This document shows positions 37,687 to 47,988 of a stretch of DNA of 64,000 bases, one piece after another. Each line of letters starts with the position of its first letter. Position 1 is the stretch's first letter. Both the position numbers and the translations under genes were made by a program. The notes beneath the pieces were generated by a model, which worked only from the letters and a program-made list of their open reading frames with translations, ran no database searches and was not told where the DNA came from. Source of the DNA: a virus; the IMG/VR virus record IMGVR_UViG_3300005683_000016, positions 78,039 to 142,038 of that record; one strand, given 5' to 3'.

Positions 37687-39884
37687 TGATTGTAAACATA
37701 AATGGAGAAGCAGGGATTTCTAAAGGCACATTTAAAGATATAGATGTGTCTTTAGATATTCAAAGTCAAGAGAAACTCCTTTATCTATTAAGTCAAGGTC
37801 AGTATGAAACTCCTATCCATTCTTCTATTCGAGAAGTACTTGCTAACGCTTTGGACTCTCATATAGAAGCAGGTATTAATTCTTTGGAAAAACCTGTAAT
37901 AGTTGATCTCGACTATTATAAGTTTTGGGTACAAGACTTTGGTGTGGGGATAGATGATGCTCGAATGGAGATAATCTCAAAATTCGGAGCATCTACCAAA
38001 GAACAATCTGCGGAGCAGTTTGGATGTTGGGGAATCGGATTCTTTACTCCTTTGAGTACTTCTTTGAGAAAATTTACTTGTGACTCTGCAAAGGATGGAA
38101 TAAAAAGGTCTTGGTTAATTCAAAAAAACGGGTCTAAAACTCAAATTCTTAAAATCAACGAAGAACCTTCTGATGAGGAGAATAACACGATTATTACTAT
38201 TCCTATCAATGATCGTAGAAGTTGGGAAAATGCTTTAGAAGAAACTGTACCTTATTTTAAAGGAGTATATTATCCTTCTCACTCTAATCTTAACAGTCGA
38301 GTTTTATTTGAAGGAAAGAATTTTATTATAGACAGTCATAGTTCCGTTAGAAGGTTTCATATCGTATTGGATCAAGTAGTTTACAATATTGACCCCATAG
38401 ACTTAGAATTACCTAATAACGAATTTCCAATAGGAATTAAGTTTGGACTTAACGAAGGATTGATTCCTACTCCTTCAAGAGAAAAGATTATTCTCGATGA
38501 CAATAGTATTGAGAAAATACGTCAAAGAGTTTCCGATGCTTTAGTAGAGTTGATGGAGTATTCTGATACTACTTTCAAAGATTATTTGTATTATGTTCAC
38601 TTTTTTGATAAGAACAACATAACTTTTAAGTTTGGTGAATTTTCTATCAAATTAAGTAGGAAGATAATTAACTCTTTTTCAAAAACTTTAAATCTGGAAT
38701 TTAAATCAAATATGGTTTTAAATCCAGTTTTAGATCAATTGAATCAGATAAAACTTGCTAACACTTGGGTTGCTGTCTTTCCTTGTGTAACAAAGTTTAA
38801 TTCTTATTATCAAAGATTCGAATCAATCAATTATAATTATCACACTCTAACTATTTTCAAAGAAGTTGTTTTACTTGATATTCCTTTAACTACCAGACAT
38901 AAGGAATTTTTTAAACAAAGAGGTAAAGAAACTTCTTTCTTAAAACATAATCCTATTACTTCTTTGAAAGGAAGAAGTTCTTTTTTCTCTTTCTTAGACC
39001 TTTCTGTAATTCCTAAAAAAAATTGGCGAGAAATTATTACGGAGTTTCGTAAAGAAGAACAAAAGATACTTAACAATTGGAAAAAGTTATCTGATTTTAA
39101 AGATGAGATGGACGTTTACTTTAGTTCAAAGAAAAAGACTGTCTCTAAAATTACTAATGTCAGAGAAGAAGTAGTGTTGAGACTTCCAATAGACGAGGCT
39201 TCTACTACTTATAACTTTAAGTTGATTCCTACAGGGTTTAAAGTAGATCAAATCCCTAAGGACAAACTATATATTTACTCTTCAGACAGGACTGAAATAG
39301 ATCAACTTCTTGACTTAATGAGAAATAGACCTAACATCAGTCCAACTCAAATAATCGAAAAGGATATTCCGAAAATCCAACACTTAAGTAATTTTATGGA
39401 CTTTCAAACTTTTAAAAATGGAAAAACTCGATTTAGTAAAAATTGGGTTACAGCATACATTATAAAAAAACAGATCAAAGAAAACAAAGCACTAACTAAC
39501 GTTTTTGACTACAGTGCAAGTTGGAGAAATCCAGGATTGTGTATTCAAAACTCTACTATTTTTAAAAGAGGAGAACAATACAAACTAAAGTCTTCTCCTT
39601 TGTTAGAGAATATTTCAAATGTTTATAAATTTGTCGACAAGTGGTATAAGTCAGATGTAGATGAAACATTTGTCAAATCTGTTGTTGATACTTATATCAG
39701 TTTAGGTCTAATCAATAAGCCTGTTTTAGATGAGTTTGAATACATTAAAAGTCAAATTCTAAAGTACGAAAAAATTTACGCTAAAGTAGACTTTGGCAGA
39801 GACATCGTTTATATGTTCGATCAATGGTATATCGCAAACAAGCAAAAAGAATTTTATAAAAAAAAAGTTAAAAAATGCAAATAA
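37686..39884 (+). CDS. rIIA: rIIA-like protein (GHKL ATPase N-terminus)
   Basis: IREVLANALDSH, DFGVG, GASTK, GCWGIG and PSRE motifs; adjacent to rIIB. Confidence 0.85.
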   Translation: MIVNINGEAGISKGTFKDIDVSLDIQSQEKLLYLLSQGQYETPIHSSIREVLANALDSHIEAGINSLEKPVIVDLDYYKFWVQDFGVGIDDARMEIISKFGASTKEQSAEQFGCWGIGFFTPLSTSLRKFTCDSAKDGIKRSWLIQKNGSKTQILKINEEPSDEENNTIITIPINDRRSWENALEETVPYFKGVYYPSHSNLNSRVLFEGKNFIIDSHSSVRRFHIVLDQVVYNIDPIDLELPNNEFPIGIKFGLNEGLIPTPSREKIILDDNSIEKIRQRVSDALVELMEYSDTTFKDYLYYVHFFDKNNITFKFGEFSIKLSRKIINSFSKTLNLEFKSNMVLNPVLDQLNQIKLANTWVAVFPCVTKFNSYYQRFESINYNYHTLTIFKEVVLLDIPLTTRHKEFFKQRGKETSFLKHNPITSLKGRSSFFSFLDLSVIPKKNWREIITEFRKEEQKILNNWKKLSDFKDEMDVYFSSKKKTVSKITNVREEVVLRLPIDEASTTYNFKLIPTGFKVDQIPKDKLYIYSSDRTEIDQLLDLMRNRPNISPTQIIEKDIPKIQHLSNFMDFQTFKNGKTRFSKNWVTAYIIKKQIKENKALTNVFDYSASWRNPGLCIQNSTIFKRGEQYKLKSSPLLENISNVYKFVDKWYKSDVDETFVKSVVDTYISLGLINKPVLDEFEYIKSQILKYEKIYAKVDFGRDIVYMFDQWYIANKQKEFYKKKVKKCK

Positions 39885-41047
39885 CATACAGTAACGGTTC
39901 AATTTTTATACGCTTTTCAAGTGGAAACACCCTCTTAGCACCTTGTACAAAAGCACTTGCTTCTGAAATTCTCGCTATAGATGAAAACGAAGTAGAAATA
40001 ACTGCTCTTTTGTATCCAGACTTTAAAGAGGCTTTTGAAGATTACACAAAGAAGGCTACCGAAAATCAATTTCTTGAAACTTTAAATCACGAAAGGTTTG
40101 AGTTCAAGGAAGGAAAACTTTATCGTAAAGGAATTCCCCTTAGTATTCCTAAAGTTCTTGCTGATAAAATTCAAGAGGCTATTACTAATAATGACGAGAG
40201 AGAACTTTCCAAACTTGAAAAGTTTTGGGGATGGTCTTCCTTGATTCGTCATCCTGAATCTCGTGAGAGTCTTTTTCCTTTTATTCAGCGTCAGAAAATT
40301 CAACTCACTGATGGAGGTGAAATGATTACATACCGTCGTGTTCAGAAAAAAGAAAGCAGTAATGTTGAACTGGTAAAGTTTATTACTGATACTTTTTATA
40401 AAAAGCGTGCTTCTAAAAAATCTACCAATGTAGATATTTGGGGATGTAGAGACAACAATAATTTTAGTATTTCCTCAGACGGGTCTGAACATAACTCGCC
40501 TTATTATGTAGGTAATTTAAAAGAACTGTTTCATTCTATTGATACCCTTGACGGAAATAATTTTACCGACAACTACACTAAGAAAAAAACTTATGTCATA
40601 GGACAACCTGTTCCAATTATGAATCCTCAAGATGCTGATTGGAACATTAATGATATTTGTTCTAAAGGTTATCATTCCTCAGGAACCGCCTTTGCGTATG
40701 ATGGTTTTGGAGACACTCCTATTGCTTGCATTGTGAACCCTCGACATGTAGTAGCGTGTGTCGAAAACTCTTACAAGATGAGATCTTTGACATTTACTCC
40801 TATTGCAATTCTTAATTCCGATTGTGAATGGCAAGATAATGAAGAAATTCAAAAAATTGTTTCTGAACATTACCAAACAAGTGTTGAAGAATTAGAAAGA
40901 GAACTTCAAAGTGCTACTTTTGAAGAGTGGAACGAAGGGCACACTCTTTTGAACGAGTTGAAAAAATTAGATATTAAAAGTATGTTCACTAACGTTAAGA
41001 ACGTAGTAACACCGCCCAACCTTTCTAATAAAGTTATCAAACTTTAA
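39875..41047 (+). CDS. rIIB: rIIB-like protein
   Basis: KFW...LFPF....LTDGG....YRRV, CSKGYH and VNPRHVV motifs. Confidence 0.85.
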   Translation: MQITYSNGSIFIRFSSGNTLLAPCTKALASEILAIDENEVEITALLYPDFKEAFEDYTKKATENQFLETLNHERFEFKEGKLYRKGIPLSIPKVLADKIQEAITNNDERELSKLEKFWGWSSLIRHPESRESLFPFIQRQKIQLTDGGEMITYRRVQKKESSNVELVKFITDTFYKKRASKKSTNVDIWGCRDNNNFSISSDGSEHNSPYYVGNLKELFHSIDTLDGNNFTDNYTKKKTYVIGQPVPIMNPQDADWNINDICSKGYHSSGTAFAYDGFGDTPIACIVNPRHVVACVENSYKMRSLTFTPIAILNSDCEWQDNEEIQKIVSEHYQTSVEELERELQSATFEEWNEGHTLLNELKKLDIKSMFTNVKNVVTPPNLSNKVIKL

Positions 41048-41051
41048 TTTA

Positions 41052-41618
41052 ATGTATAATCAAATCACGGAGACACTCGAAAGGGTGTCTCCTAATCTTT
41101 TTCAAGAAGGAATACAATGGTATTCCAGGGCTAATCAGTTTTGTTTGAATCTCTCTAATGAGTACAACGTTCCTTTAAGATACGTTACTGGGTTAACTTC
41201 TTTATTTTCTCCACTAAAGAGTTGGGAAATAAATAAACATATGGTTAAAGAATATCTTGAATGCCAAGAGTGTAAAACTTTTTCTTATCAAAAAAAGAAG
41301 TCTGTAAAACTCTGGGCTAATGTAATATCTAACTTGGATGATGAGGAAGCACAAGACCGTTTCATTATGAAAACACTAAATGGGTTTAAAACAAAATCGT
41401 TCTATCACAATATAACCTATCCTTTGACTTCAGATAAAGTTACTTTAGATAGTCACATGTTAAAACTGGCTCCATATAAACATCTTACTCCAAAAAGATA
41501 TTTAGATTACGAAAAAACTATTCAACGGATTGCAAAAGAAAGAAATCTTATCCCCAATCAAATACAAGCAATTGTCTGGTTAAAACTTAAAGATGGAAAT
41601 ACAACTCAAAGGAAGTAA
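41052..41618 (+). CDS. Phage helix-hairpin-helix glycosylase-like protein
   Basis: WY, SP..SW..N, G.KT..F, VTLDSHM and QAIVW motifs. Confidence 0.6.
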   Translation: MYNQITETLERVSPNLFQEGIQWYSRANQFCLNLSNEYNVPLRYVTGLTSLFSPLKSWEINKHMVKEYLECQECKTFSYQKKKSVKLWANVISNLDDEEAQDRFIMKTLNGFKTKSFYHNITYPLTSDKVTLDSHMLKLAPYKHLTPKRYLDYEKTIQRIAKERNLIPNQIQAIVWLKLKDGNTTQRK

Positions 41619-41994
41619 ACAAACTTCTGAAGGACAACCGTATGCTAAATTTGATTTAAAAAAATTAAAAGAATGGTTGTCAGAACTTAAGGATGGTGAG
41701 GAGTTAGTAATTAGTGTAGCAGTTAAGCGTTCGTTAAGTCAAAACCGCACATTCCATCAGTGGTGTTCTATAATTGGAGAATATATGGGGGAGTCCCCTT
41801 CTATTGTTAAGCACTATCTTAAGTGTAAATTTTTAGGTTGTATTGAAGAAGAAATAGAGGGACACGTTTATCAAATTCCACCAGAGACTTCTAAACTTAA
41901 TAAAAAACAAATGTCGGACTTTATGCAACAAGTATATATCTTTGCTACCACAGAAATGGAAATTAAACTACCTACCAACGATTTATTTAACTAA
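41593..41994 (+). CDS. NinB/Orf-like recombination protein
   Basis: KRSLSQN..FH.W and TSKL...MSDF motifs. Confidence 0.75.
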   Translation: MEIQLKGSKQTSEGQPYAKFDLKKLKEWLSELKDGEELVISVAVKRSLSQNRTFHQWCSIIGEYMGESPSIVKHYLKCKFLGCIEEEIEGHVYQIPPETSKLNKKQMSDFMQQVYIFATTEMEIKLPTNDLFN

Positions 41995-42005
41995 ACTATA
42001 TTTTA

Positions 42006-42359
42006 ATGAAATTTTTAAAAACAGTACATCAAGAAGAACGCTTTAAAGCAACCTATTACATTCCTGTAGAACCGAGCAACATTATGTATTTTACACATAT
42101 TATTGCTCAAAAAATTGTTCAAGAAGGAGAAGAACAAGTTATCAAGGAAGATGAGTTTGTTAATGTTGCTTTTGGAGCAGTAATTGAACAACCTTATCCT
42201 GTTAACCTCAAAGCAATGCGTAAGGTTAAACAAACCAAAACAGAAGAATTTTTTATTCTTGAAGATGTAAAGACTGCTAATCAGCCGATGATGCAGAAGA
42301 TTGACGACAAGCAAGAAATTGAAGCCTTGTTGGAAAAACTTGAATCTAACTTGTTCTAA
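42006..42359 (+). CDS. Hypothetical protein
   Basis: ORF in operon. Confidence 0.55.
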   Translation: MKFLKTVHQEERFKATYYIPVEPSNIMYFTHIIAQKIVQEGEEQVIKEDEFVNVAFGAVIEQPYPVNLKAMRKVKQTKTEEFFILEDVKTANQPMMQKIDDKQEIEALLEKLESNLF

Positions 42360-43006
42360 TGCAGACTCGTCAGAAAAAACCTCCTCAACCTAAAATTTGT
42401 CAATGCTGTGGAAAACCGTTTCCAGCACTTTGGCGAACATTCACAATTGACGGAGTTAAAAAGAAGTGTTGTAAAGTTTGTTCAGACAAGGCTCTTAGAT
42501 TAAAAGAGAAAGAAAAGAAAGAGAAGGTTAAAGTTAAAAAAAGGATTAAACGAGAACGAATTACAGAGAAGAAGTTAGATACTGTCTTTTCTCGATTAGT
42601 TCGAAATATTTATCCTTATATGTGTCACTCTACTTTGGTTCCAGTAGAACCAAATGGTTCTCACGCTGCACATTTAGTCTCCAGACGTGTAAGATGTGTA
42701 AGATTTGACTTACGGAACGTTTTTCCTACTCTTCCTGAAGAGAATATGTACAACAGTCTTCATGTTATTCAATTAGCAAAAAGACTCAAAGAATACTATG
42801 GAATCGAGATAGACGAGTGGGAAGCAGTAACTAAACAAAGTTCTTGTAAACTCACTGAATACGAAAGAAGAGAAATGTACGAAGTATTTAAATCGGGTTT
42901 AGATACTACTATGGATCTCAGAAGTAGATATTCAGGAGAAGAATTAAATAAGAGGTTAACCCAACTACGGTTGGAAATTATAGAAAAAACAAAAAAAGTT
43001 ATGTAA
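42359..43006 (+). CDS. NinG/Rap-like nuclease
   Basis: CxxC pairs, LDTVFSRLVR, AHLVSR and RFDLRNV motifs. Confidence 0.7.
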   Translation: MQTRQKKPPQPKICQCCGKPFPALWRTFTIDGVKKKCCKVCSDKALRLKEKEKKEKVKVKKRIKRERITEKKLDTVFSRLVRNIYPYMCHSTLVPVEPNGSHAAHLVSRRVRCVRFDLRNVFPTLPEENMYNSLHVIQLAKRLKEYYGIEIDEWEAVTKQSSCKLTEYERREMYEVFKSGLDTTMDLRSRYSGEELNKRLTQLRLEIIEKTKKVM

Positions 43007-43278
43007 TGCTTACTCCAATAGTATTAATAGCGTTGGTTACAGCAGTAGTTTTCTTTTTTCGATTTTACAAAGAAAAATGTTACTGTTATACTACTTCAGG
43101 TCTGGTCACAAGAAAGATAAAAGACCATTACACTATAATAATTAATGTTCACGAAGGTCTTTTCATGGAAGGCTCTGTAAGTAAAGAAGATTTCGATAAA
43201 ATCCAAGTTGGAAGATTCTATACTTGTGAACTGATTTCTTGTGGAGAAAATGTTACTTTTCATCAAATTAAATTGTAA
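43006..43278 (+). CDS. Membrane-anchored hypothetical protein
   Basis: N-terminal TM segment. Confidence 0.55.
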   Translation: MLTPIVLIALVTAVVFFFRFYKEKCYCYTTSGLVTRKIKDHYTIIINVHEGLFMEGSVSKEDFDKIQVGRFYTCELISCGENVTFHQIKL

Positions 43279-43286
43279 TTAATTAA

Positions 43287-43568
43287 ATGAAAATTTTAGA
43301 TCAAAGCATTGAGAATATAATTTCTGTAAGAGAGCAGGTTTTAGGTGAGTTAATTTCAAAAATAGAAAAAAGACCAGCAGAATATTCTGATGCTAAAAAT
43401 CTAATACTTGAACAAATACAATTAGATATTTTAACATCTACAACACGAGTCTTTTATAAAAACATTTATCTTGGAAACATTATTGTTTCATTTGAAACAG
43501 CAAATGTTTCTTTTATCCCGTACACAGAATTAGACAATCCACATATAGAATTAAACAGGTTAATATAA
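43287..43568 (+). CDS. Hypothetical protein
   Basis: ORF in operon. Confidence 0.5.
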   Translation: MKILDQSIENIISVREQVLGELISKIEKRPAEYSDAKNLILEQIQLDILTSTTRVFYKNIYLGNIIVSFETANVSFIPYTELDNPHIELNRLI

Positions 43569-43569
43569 A

Positions 43570-44037
43570 ATGAATATTCAAAAAGACGTATATAAATGGC
43601 TTAAAGTAGCCGGAATTGAGCATCAAGATACTTTTGAACAACAGAAGTTAGGACTTGACCTTGTTGAGGAAGAAAAAGAAGAATTAGCCAACGCTATACT
43701 TTTTGGTGACAAACAAGAAATTCTCGACGCATGTGTTGATTTGTTTTGGGTAGTCACTAACAACTTGGTTTTCAATGGAATAACTCTTGAGGAGTTTGAA
43801 GAATATGCTCAAAAGGTGAGTTACAGTAACTGGTCTAAATTCTGTATCTCAGAAGAAGATGCTATTAATACAGTTAAGGCTTATGCTGAAGGTACTCATC
43901 CTGACAAACCCGGACATCAAATTGAATGTTATTGGAAACAAGTGGGTAAACTCTACGTTATTTATCGAACAGAAGATAACAAGATTATGAAATCTATTTT
44001 TTACGAAACACCACAACAGGTTAATTACAATGTATAG
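43570..44037 (+). CDS. MazG-like / PRA-PH nucleotide pyrophosphohydrolase
   Basis: LVEEEKEEL, EILDACVD, SNWSKF and KIMKS motifs. Confidence 0.82.
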   Translation: MNIQKDVYKWLKVAGIEHQDTFEQQKLGLDLVEEEKEELANAILFGDKQEILDACVDLFWVVTNNLVFNGITLEEFEEYAQKVSYSNWSKFCISEEDAINTVKAYAEGTHPDKPGHQIECYWKQVGKLYVIYRTEDNKIMKSIFYETPQQVNYNV

Positions 44038-44039
44038 TT

Positions 44040-44288
44040 ATGAAAACAGTTGATCTCTCAGACATTTGTTTTACAGATATAGATGTAGAAGATATGGATT
44101 CTTTTCGTTTGTATCATGTTGCTTTTGTAAACAGACTCCGCAAAGAGTTTGGTAGTCTTAATCAAGAAGTTGTTGATATTATCGACAACATTGAAGACGC
44201 TGATGATTACTCGGAGTTTACTTTACAAGTAGATAAACTTGATCTTTATTGTAGGCTTAATCACATTCACTTAATTCTTTGCTTTTAA
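44040..44288 (+). CDS. Acidic hypothetical protein
   Basis: ORF in operon. Confidence 0.5.
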   Translation: MKTVDLSDICFTDIDVEDMDSFRLYHVAFVNRLRKEFGSLNQEVVDIIDNIEDADDYSEFTLQVDKLDLYCRLNHIHLILCF

Positions 44289-44585
44289 ATGGGAGAAAAG
44301 GAAATAGAAGGTAAAGTTTCTTACCAAGAAATAGATTGGAGATATATTACTATGATGGCCAATCGGATGAATCAAAACAAAGTAAAATATGGTAAGGACA
44401 ACTATAAACTTCCAATGGATATAGACCTTCTTAAAGATGCTTTGCTGAGACACACTATTGCTATTCTACAACCTAAAGCAAACGATGAAGATTCTTTTGA
44501 AGATCATCTTGCAGCAATAGGATGTAATGCAATGATTATTAATTATCAAATTAAAAACAATAAAAATACAGATGATAGTCACTAA
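44289..44585 (+). CDS. dATP/dGTP diphosphohydrolase-like protein
   Basis: KYGKDNYK, DALLRH and HLAAIGCNAM motifs. Confidence 0.75.
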   Translation: MGEKEIEGKVSYQEIDWRYITMMANRMNQNKVKYGKDNYKLPMDIDLLKDALLRHTIAILQPKANDEDSFEDHLAAIGCNAMIINYQIKNNKNTDDSH

Positions 44586-44769
44586 TGTAAACCTTGAGGA
44601 CAGTAATAACACCGATTTAATGATAGCGTGTGATATAGATCGTAATTTCTATATTTCTATAGACGACAGTACGAATTTTTATATTAAACCTTCTGAATGG
44701 GATTCTTTTATAGAAAAACTTCAACAAGCAAAAAAACTTTTACAACAAAATGAAAGTAAAGATCAATAA
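44572..44769 (+). CDS. Hypothetical protein
   Basis: ORF in operon. Confidence 0.45.
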   Translation: MIVTNVNLEDSNNTDLMIACDIDRNFYISIDDSTNFYIKPSEWDSFIEKLQQAKKLLQQNESKDQ

Positions 44770-45022
44770 TCAAGACTATTGGATCACCTTTAACTATAAG
44801 GTGAGTGGCCACGAATTGGCTCGTTCTAATTCAGTAATTACAAGGTGTGTAATTGAAACACGGGGTTTTTCTGAAATCACTTCTGGAGTTGCTGTATGTA
44901 ATCTTGAACATGACAGGTTTGTTAAAGAAACAGGTCGTAAACTATCTTTAGCAAGAGCACTTAAGTTCTTTGATAGAGATACTCGTAAACTATTTTGGGA
45001 CGCTTATCTAAATAGAAAGTGA
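44750..45022 (+). CDS. Hypothetical phage protein
   Basis: D.F.K..GRK.SL.RAL pattern. Confidence 0.6.
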   Translation: MKVKINNQDYWITFNYKVSGHELARSNSVITRCVIETRGFSEITSGVAVCNLEHDRFVKETGRKLSLARALKFFDRDTRKLFWDAYLNRK

Positions 45023-45110
45023 ACACTATTATAGGAGTTTTGTTAGTTTTCATTGTTCTTGCTATTCCTTTAGGGTGGTGGGAATACATTCACACAAAAT
45101 ATAAAAACAA

Positions 45111-45317
45111 ATGAGTAATCAAAACAAAGTTTTCGACTTTCTTAAAGAAAATCCTAAGTACGGTTATCAGGCAAAATATATTGCTAAGAAACTGAAACTA
45201 TCTCTTCAAGATGTCTACAATTGCAGATATGCAAAAAGTGCTGAAGTTTCTTCCTATAAAGTAGGAAAATCCGTATATTATATGTATGAAACAAAAACTG
45301 ATCAATTGGGTAATTAG
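45111..45317 (+). CDS. Small winged-helix-like protein
   Basis: KVFDFLK...IAKKLKLSLQDV HTH-like segment. Confidence 0.5.
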   Translation: MSNQNKVFDFLKENPKYGYQAKYIAKKLKLSLQDVYNCRYAKSAEVSSYKVGKSVYYMYETKTDQLGN

Positions 45318-45861
45318 TGGGTTATTAGGATTCCTTGGATGTCTATGGTTTACAGACAAAGGATGTCTTTATGTACCACAAGAGTCTAAAATTATTGATA
45401 ACACTTGGATTGAACACCACACAGATACTATTTATATACCTGTACCTGTAGAGGTTCCTAAGCCAAAAACAGTATATCAAACAGTATATAAAGACTCTAT
45501 ACCTAATTGGGTTTTTGATTTCACTATTGATTCCTTGGGAGATACTCTTGTTACTATTCCTTATAATATGTACATAGACTCCATAGAAACTTCTGAATAT
45601 AAATTTACTTATAGTGCAGAAGTTATGGGAGAACTTGTATCTTTGAACCCTGTAATTACTCTTTATCAAGATAGCACTGCGATTATTCGAGAGGAAAAAG
45701 TGTTTATTCCTAAAATTCCTGATTGGGGATTAACTGTCGGAGTTAGTAACAGATTAAACTTTTATACTGGTGTGAGTTACAAAGGTTGGGGATTAGGAAC
45801 AGAGTATAATTTTAACAGAATTAATCAATTTTATATTACAAAAACTTTTAAACTAAATTAA
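45286..45861 (+). CDS. Membrane-anchored protein (possible spanin-type)
   Basis: N-terminal TM, DTIY/Pro-rich linker, beta-rich C-terminus. Confidence 0.5.
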   Translation: MKQKLINWVISGLLGFLGCLWFTDKGCLYVPQESKIIDNTWIEHHTDTIYIPVPVEVPKPKTVYQTVYKDSIPNWVFDFTIDSLGDTLVTIPYNMYIDSIETSEYKFTYSAEVMGELVSLNPVITLYQDSTAIIREEKVFIPKIPDWGLTVGVSNRLNFYTGVSYKGWGLGTEYNFNRINQFYITKTFKLN

Positions 45862-45873
45862 ATTAACTAAAAA

Positions 45874-46221
45874 ATGAAGTACTTTTATCTTTTTATTTTT
45901 CTACTCTTTACTTCTACTGTGTTTGCTCAAAGTGGTAAACCTGCTTCAACTCTTAAGTCTACTACTTTACCTAAGGATTCTGTAGTATATATGACTCCTT
46001 CAGGGTTTGTGTTTGACACCATCCAAATCTATGCGGTTTTGGTAGATTTGAAAGCACCTCTTGGTGTAAGTTCTTATAACGTTATCAGCAAAAACTGGAC
46101 TTACGAAGATGGTAAAAAACAACTTGCTGAACAATGGTTGGAAACAGGAGCAGGAGTAAAGATTAATGAATGGCGTAAAAAACTGCTTTGGTATATTAAC
46201 CGAGCAGATTGGAAAGATTAA
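45874..46221 (+). CDS. Secreted hypothetical protein
   Basis: Signal peptide ending FAQ. Confidence 0.6.
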   Translation: MKYFYLFIFLLFTSTVFAQSGKPASTLKSTTLPKDSVVYMTPSGFVFDTIQIYAVLVDLKAPLGVSSYNVISKNWTYEDGKKQLAEQWLETGAGVKINEWRKKLLWYINRADWKD

Positions 46222-46250
46222 TTCCATTGTCGAAGATGTGATTAGATACG

Positions 46251-46294
46251 CCCCTACCGATGCAATATTGGTAGGGGTTAATTTTTTTTTTTTT
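46251..46294 (+). terminator. Intrinsic terminator
   Basis: CCCCTACCGAT.../ATTGGTAGGGG followed by a long T run. Confidence 0.85.
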
Positions 46295-46318
46295 AGATCC
46301 TGTTCAATAGACATTAAA

Positions 46319-46522
46319 ATGAAAAAAGACCTTGGATATTATCTTATAATATGGAGTTATCAATTTGGAGTACTCGCTTTGTTTTTCTTGGTAACCACTT
46401 TGTTTGGAGATTTATATAAACCAGAAGCAGTATTCTGTAGTAGTGTTTCAGTTGTTTGCTATGCAGCAACAGAAATCTTCATCTACTTTAAAGATAGAAA
46501 TGCAAAAAATACTACCGATTGA
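46319..46522 (+). CDS. Small membrane protein
   Basis: Likely start MKKDLG; two TM segments. Confidence 0.5.
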   Translation: MKKDLGYYLIIWSYQFGVLALFFLVTTLFGDLYKPEAVFCSSVSVVCYAATEIFIYFKDRNAKNTTD

Positions 46523-47105
46523 AGAATCTGCTTTTATTCTTAGTAGAACGTTTTCTGGAGTAATGAATGGTTCTTTCTATGGAACAGAAGATTGGTTAGC
46601 ACCAATAGGATTAGGATTTACCCTAATCTTTACTTGGATCAGTCTTAGACGTACTAAGAAACAGAGAAAAAGAGCAGGAAAGAAAAACAACTTTCTTTGG
46701 TGGTTGTCCTTAATAGGATCTTTACTGAGTACCTTATGTGTATTTTTAGCATTTGTGTTTCCTCCTCTAATGTTTGATGTCCACTTATTTACTCTTTTAG
46801 CACAGACTTTTCAAACATTGGGAATGTTTCTTAATAACCCTAAAAAGTGGTGGAGATTGATCTTATTAGTAACTCCTGCTGTGTTTTTTCAAAAACTCTT
46901 TATTAATCTTTTGGGAGGAAATCCTTGGTATTATCAAGGAACTAATGTGAATTCAGGTGCTTACTACTCAATATTCGGAATTAAAATTCCAAGGTTATTT
47001 AACGGAAACATGGGGTTCAGACTGGCCTTAACTGTGTTCAATCTAATAATTCTAATTTTTAGTTATCATGACAAAGGTTCTAAACCAACAGCAAAAAACT
47101 CCTGA
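46500..47105 (+). CDS. Multi-pass membrane protein
   Basis: Likely start MQKILP; about 5 hydrophobic segments. Confidence 0.6.
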   Translation: MQKILPIEESAFILSRTFSGVMNGSFYGTEDWLAPIGLGFTLIFTWISLRRTKKQRKRAGKKNNFLWWLSLIGSLLSTLCVFLAFVFPPLMFDVHLFTLLAQTFQTLGMFLNNPKKWWRLILLVTPAVFFQKLFINLLGGNPWYYQGTNVNSGAYYSIFGIKIPRLFNGNMGFRLALTVFNLIILIFSYHDKGSKPTAKNS

Positions 47106-47206
47106 TTGGCTTGCTTATCTAATGCTAATTAGTCTGCTACTTTTTTTAGGTATCTCACGGTGTAATCAAGAGAAATTATTTAACAAGTTTGAAGAAAAGT
47201 ATATTA

Positions 47207-47611
47207 ATGAATAAATGGGATCAACTATTTATAGACATTGCTATTAGAATGTCTAAAGAAAGTAAATCTAAAAGACTTCAAGTAGGTGCTGTTGCAGTTA
47301 AAAATAATCACATTCTTGTATGTTCTTATAACGGAACTGTTGCTCATTACGGTGATGAAGTCTTAGAGGATGAGAACGGTAATACTAAACCAGATGTACT
47401 TCACAGTGAAGAAAATCTTGTAGCACAAGCAGCAATACATGGTATTAGTTTAAAAGGTGCTACGGTTTACTGCACCCATAACTGTTGTCGTCATTGTGCA
47501 TCTGTTCTCGGACAAGTAGGTATTTCAGAATTTAAATATCTTGAAGAATATCGTGATCTTTCTGGAATAGAAAAACTTAAACAATATAACATTAAAGTAA
47601 CAAAACTATGA
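47207..47611 (+). CDS. dCMP deaminase
   Basis: QVGAV, YNGT, HSEEN and CRHC zinc motifs. Confidence 0.9.
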   Translation: MNKWDQLFIDIAIRMSKESKSKRLQVGAVAVKNNHILVCSYNGTVAHYGDEVLEDENGNTKPDVLHSEENLVAQAAIHGISLKGATVYCTHNCCRHCASVLGQVGISEFKYLEEYRDLSGIEKLKQYNIKVTKL

Positions 47612-47988
47612 ATCGAGATAGATTTAAATTTAGAGCGTGGGATCAAAGGTTGAAAAAAATAGTTTATCCTGACGTATTAACTCATAGTATTAATCTTGGG
47701 TTGTTTATACAAAAAGCATTTGACTTTACAACTGGTGATTTTTATTACCCGTTTGACAGTGATCTTATTCTAATGCAGTCCACAGGACTTAAAGATTCTG
47801 AAGGAACACTTATTTACGAAGGGGATGTTATAGAAATAAACTATTGTTCCAAGCATTACACTGTTGTTTTTAGAGGAATAGGATTCTGGTTTGTAGATGA
47901 GGAAGATGATGGATTTGTATTCGTAACTCCTACTTATTTTATCAAAGTAATTGGAAATATTTATGAAAATCCAAGCCTTAAACATTAG
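47608..47988 (+). CDS. YopX family protein
   Basis: KFRAWD, MQSTGLKD...IYEGD and VIGNIYENP motifs. Confidence 0.9.
   Translation: MNRDRFKFRAWDQRLKKIVYPDVLTHSINLGLFIQKAFDFTTGDFYYPFDSDLILMQSTGLKDSEGTLIYEGDVIEINYCSKHYTVVFRGIGFWFVDEEDDGFVFVTPTYFIKVIGNIYENPSLKH

Noticed and set aside
43570-44585. Z-genome or 7-deazaguanine pathway
   Set aside because: No purZ, dpdA, queC/D/E or folE recognisable in the window.
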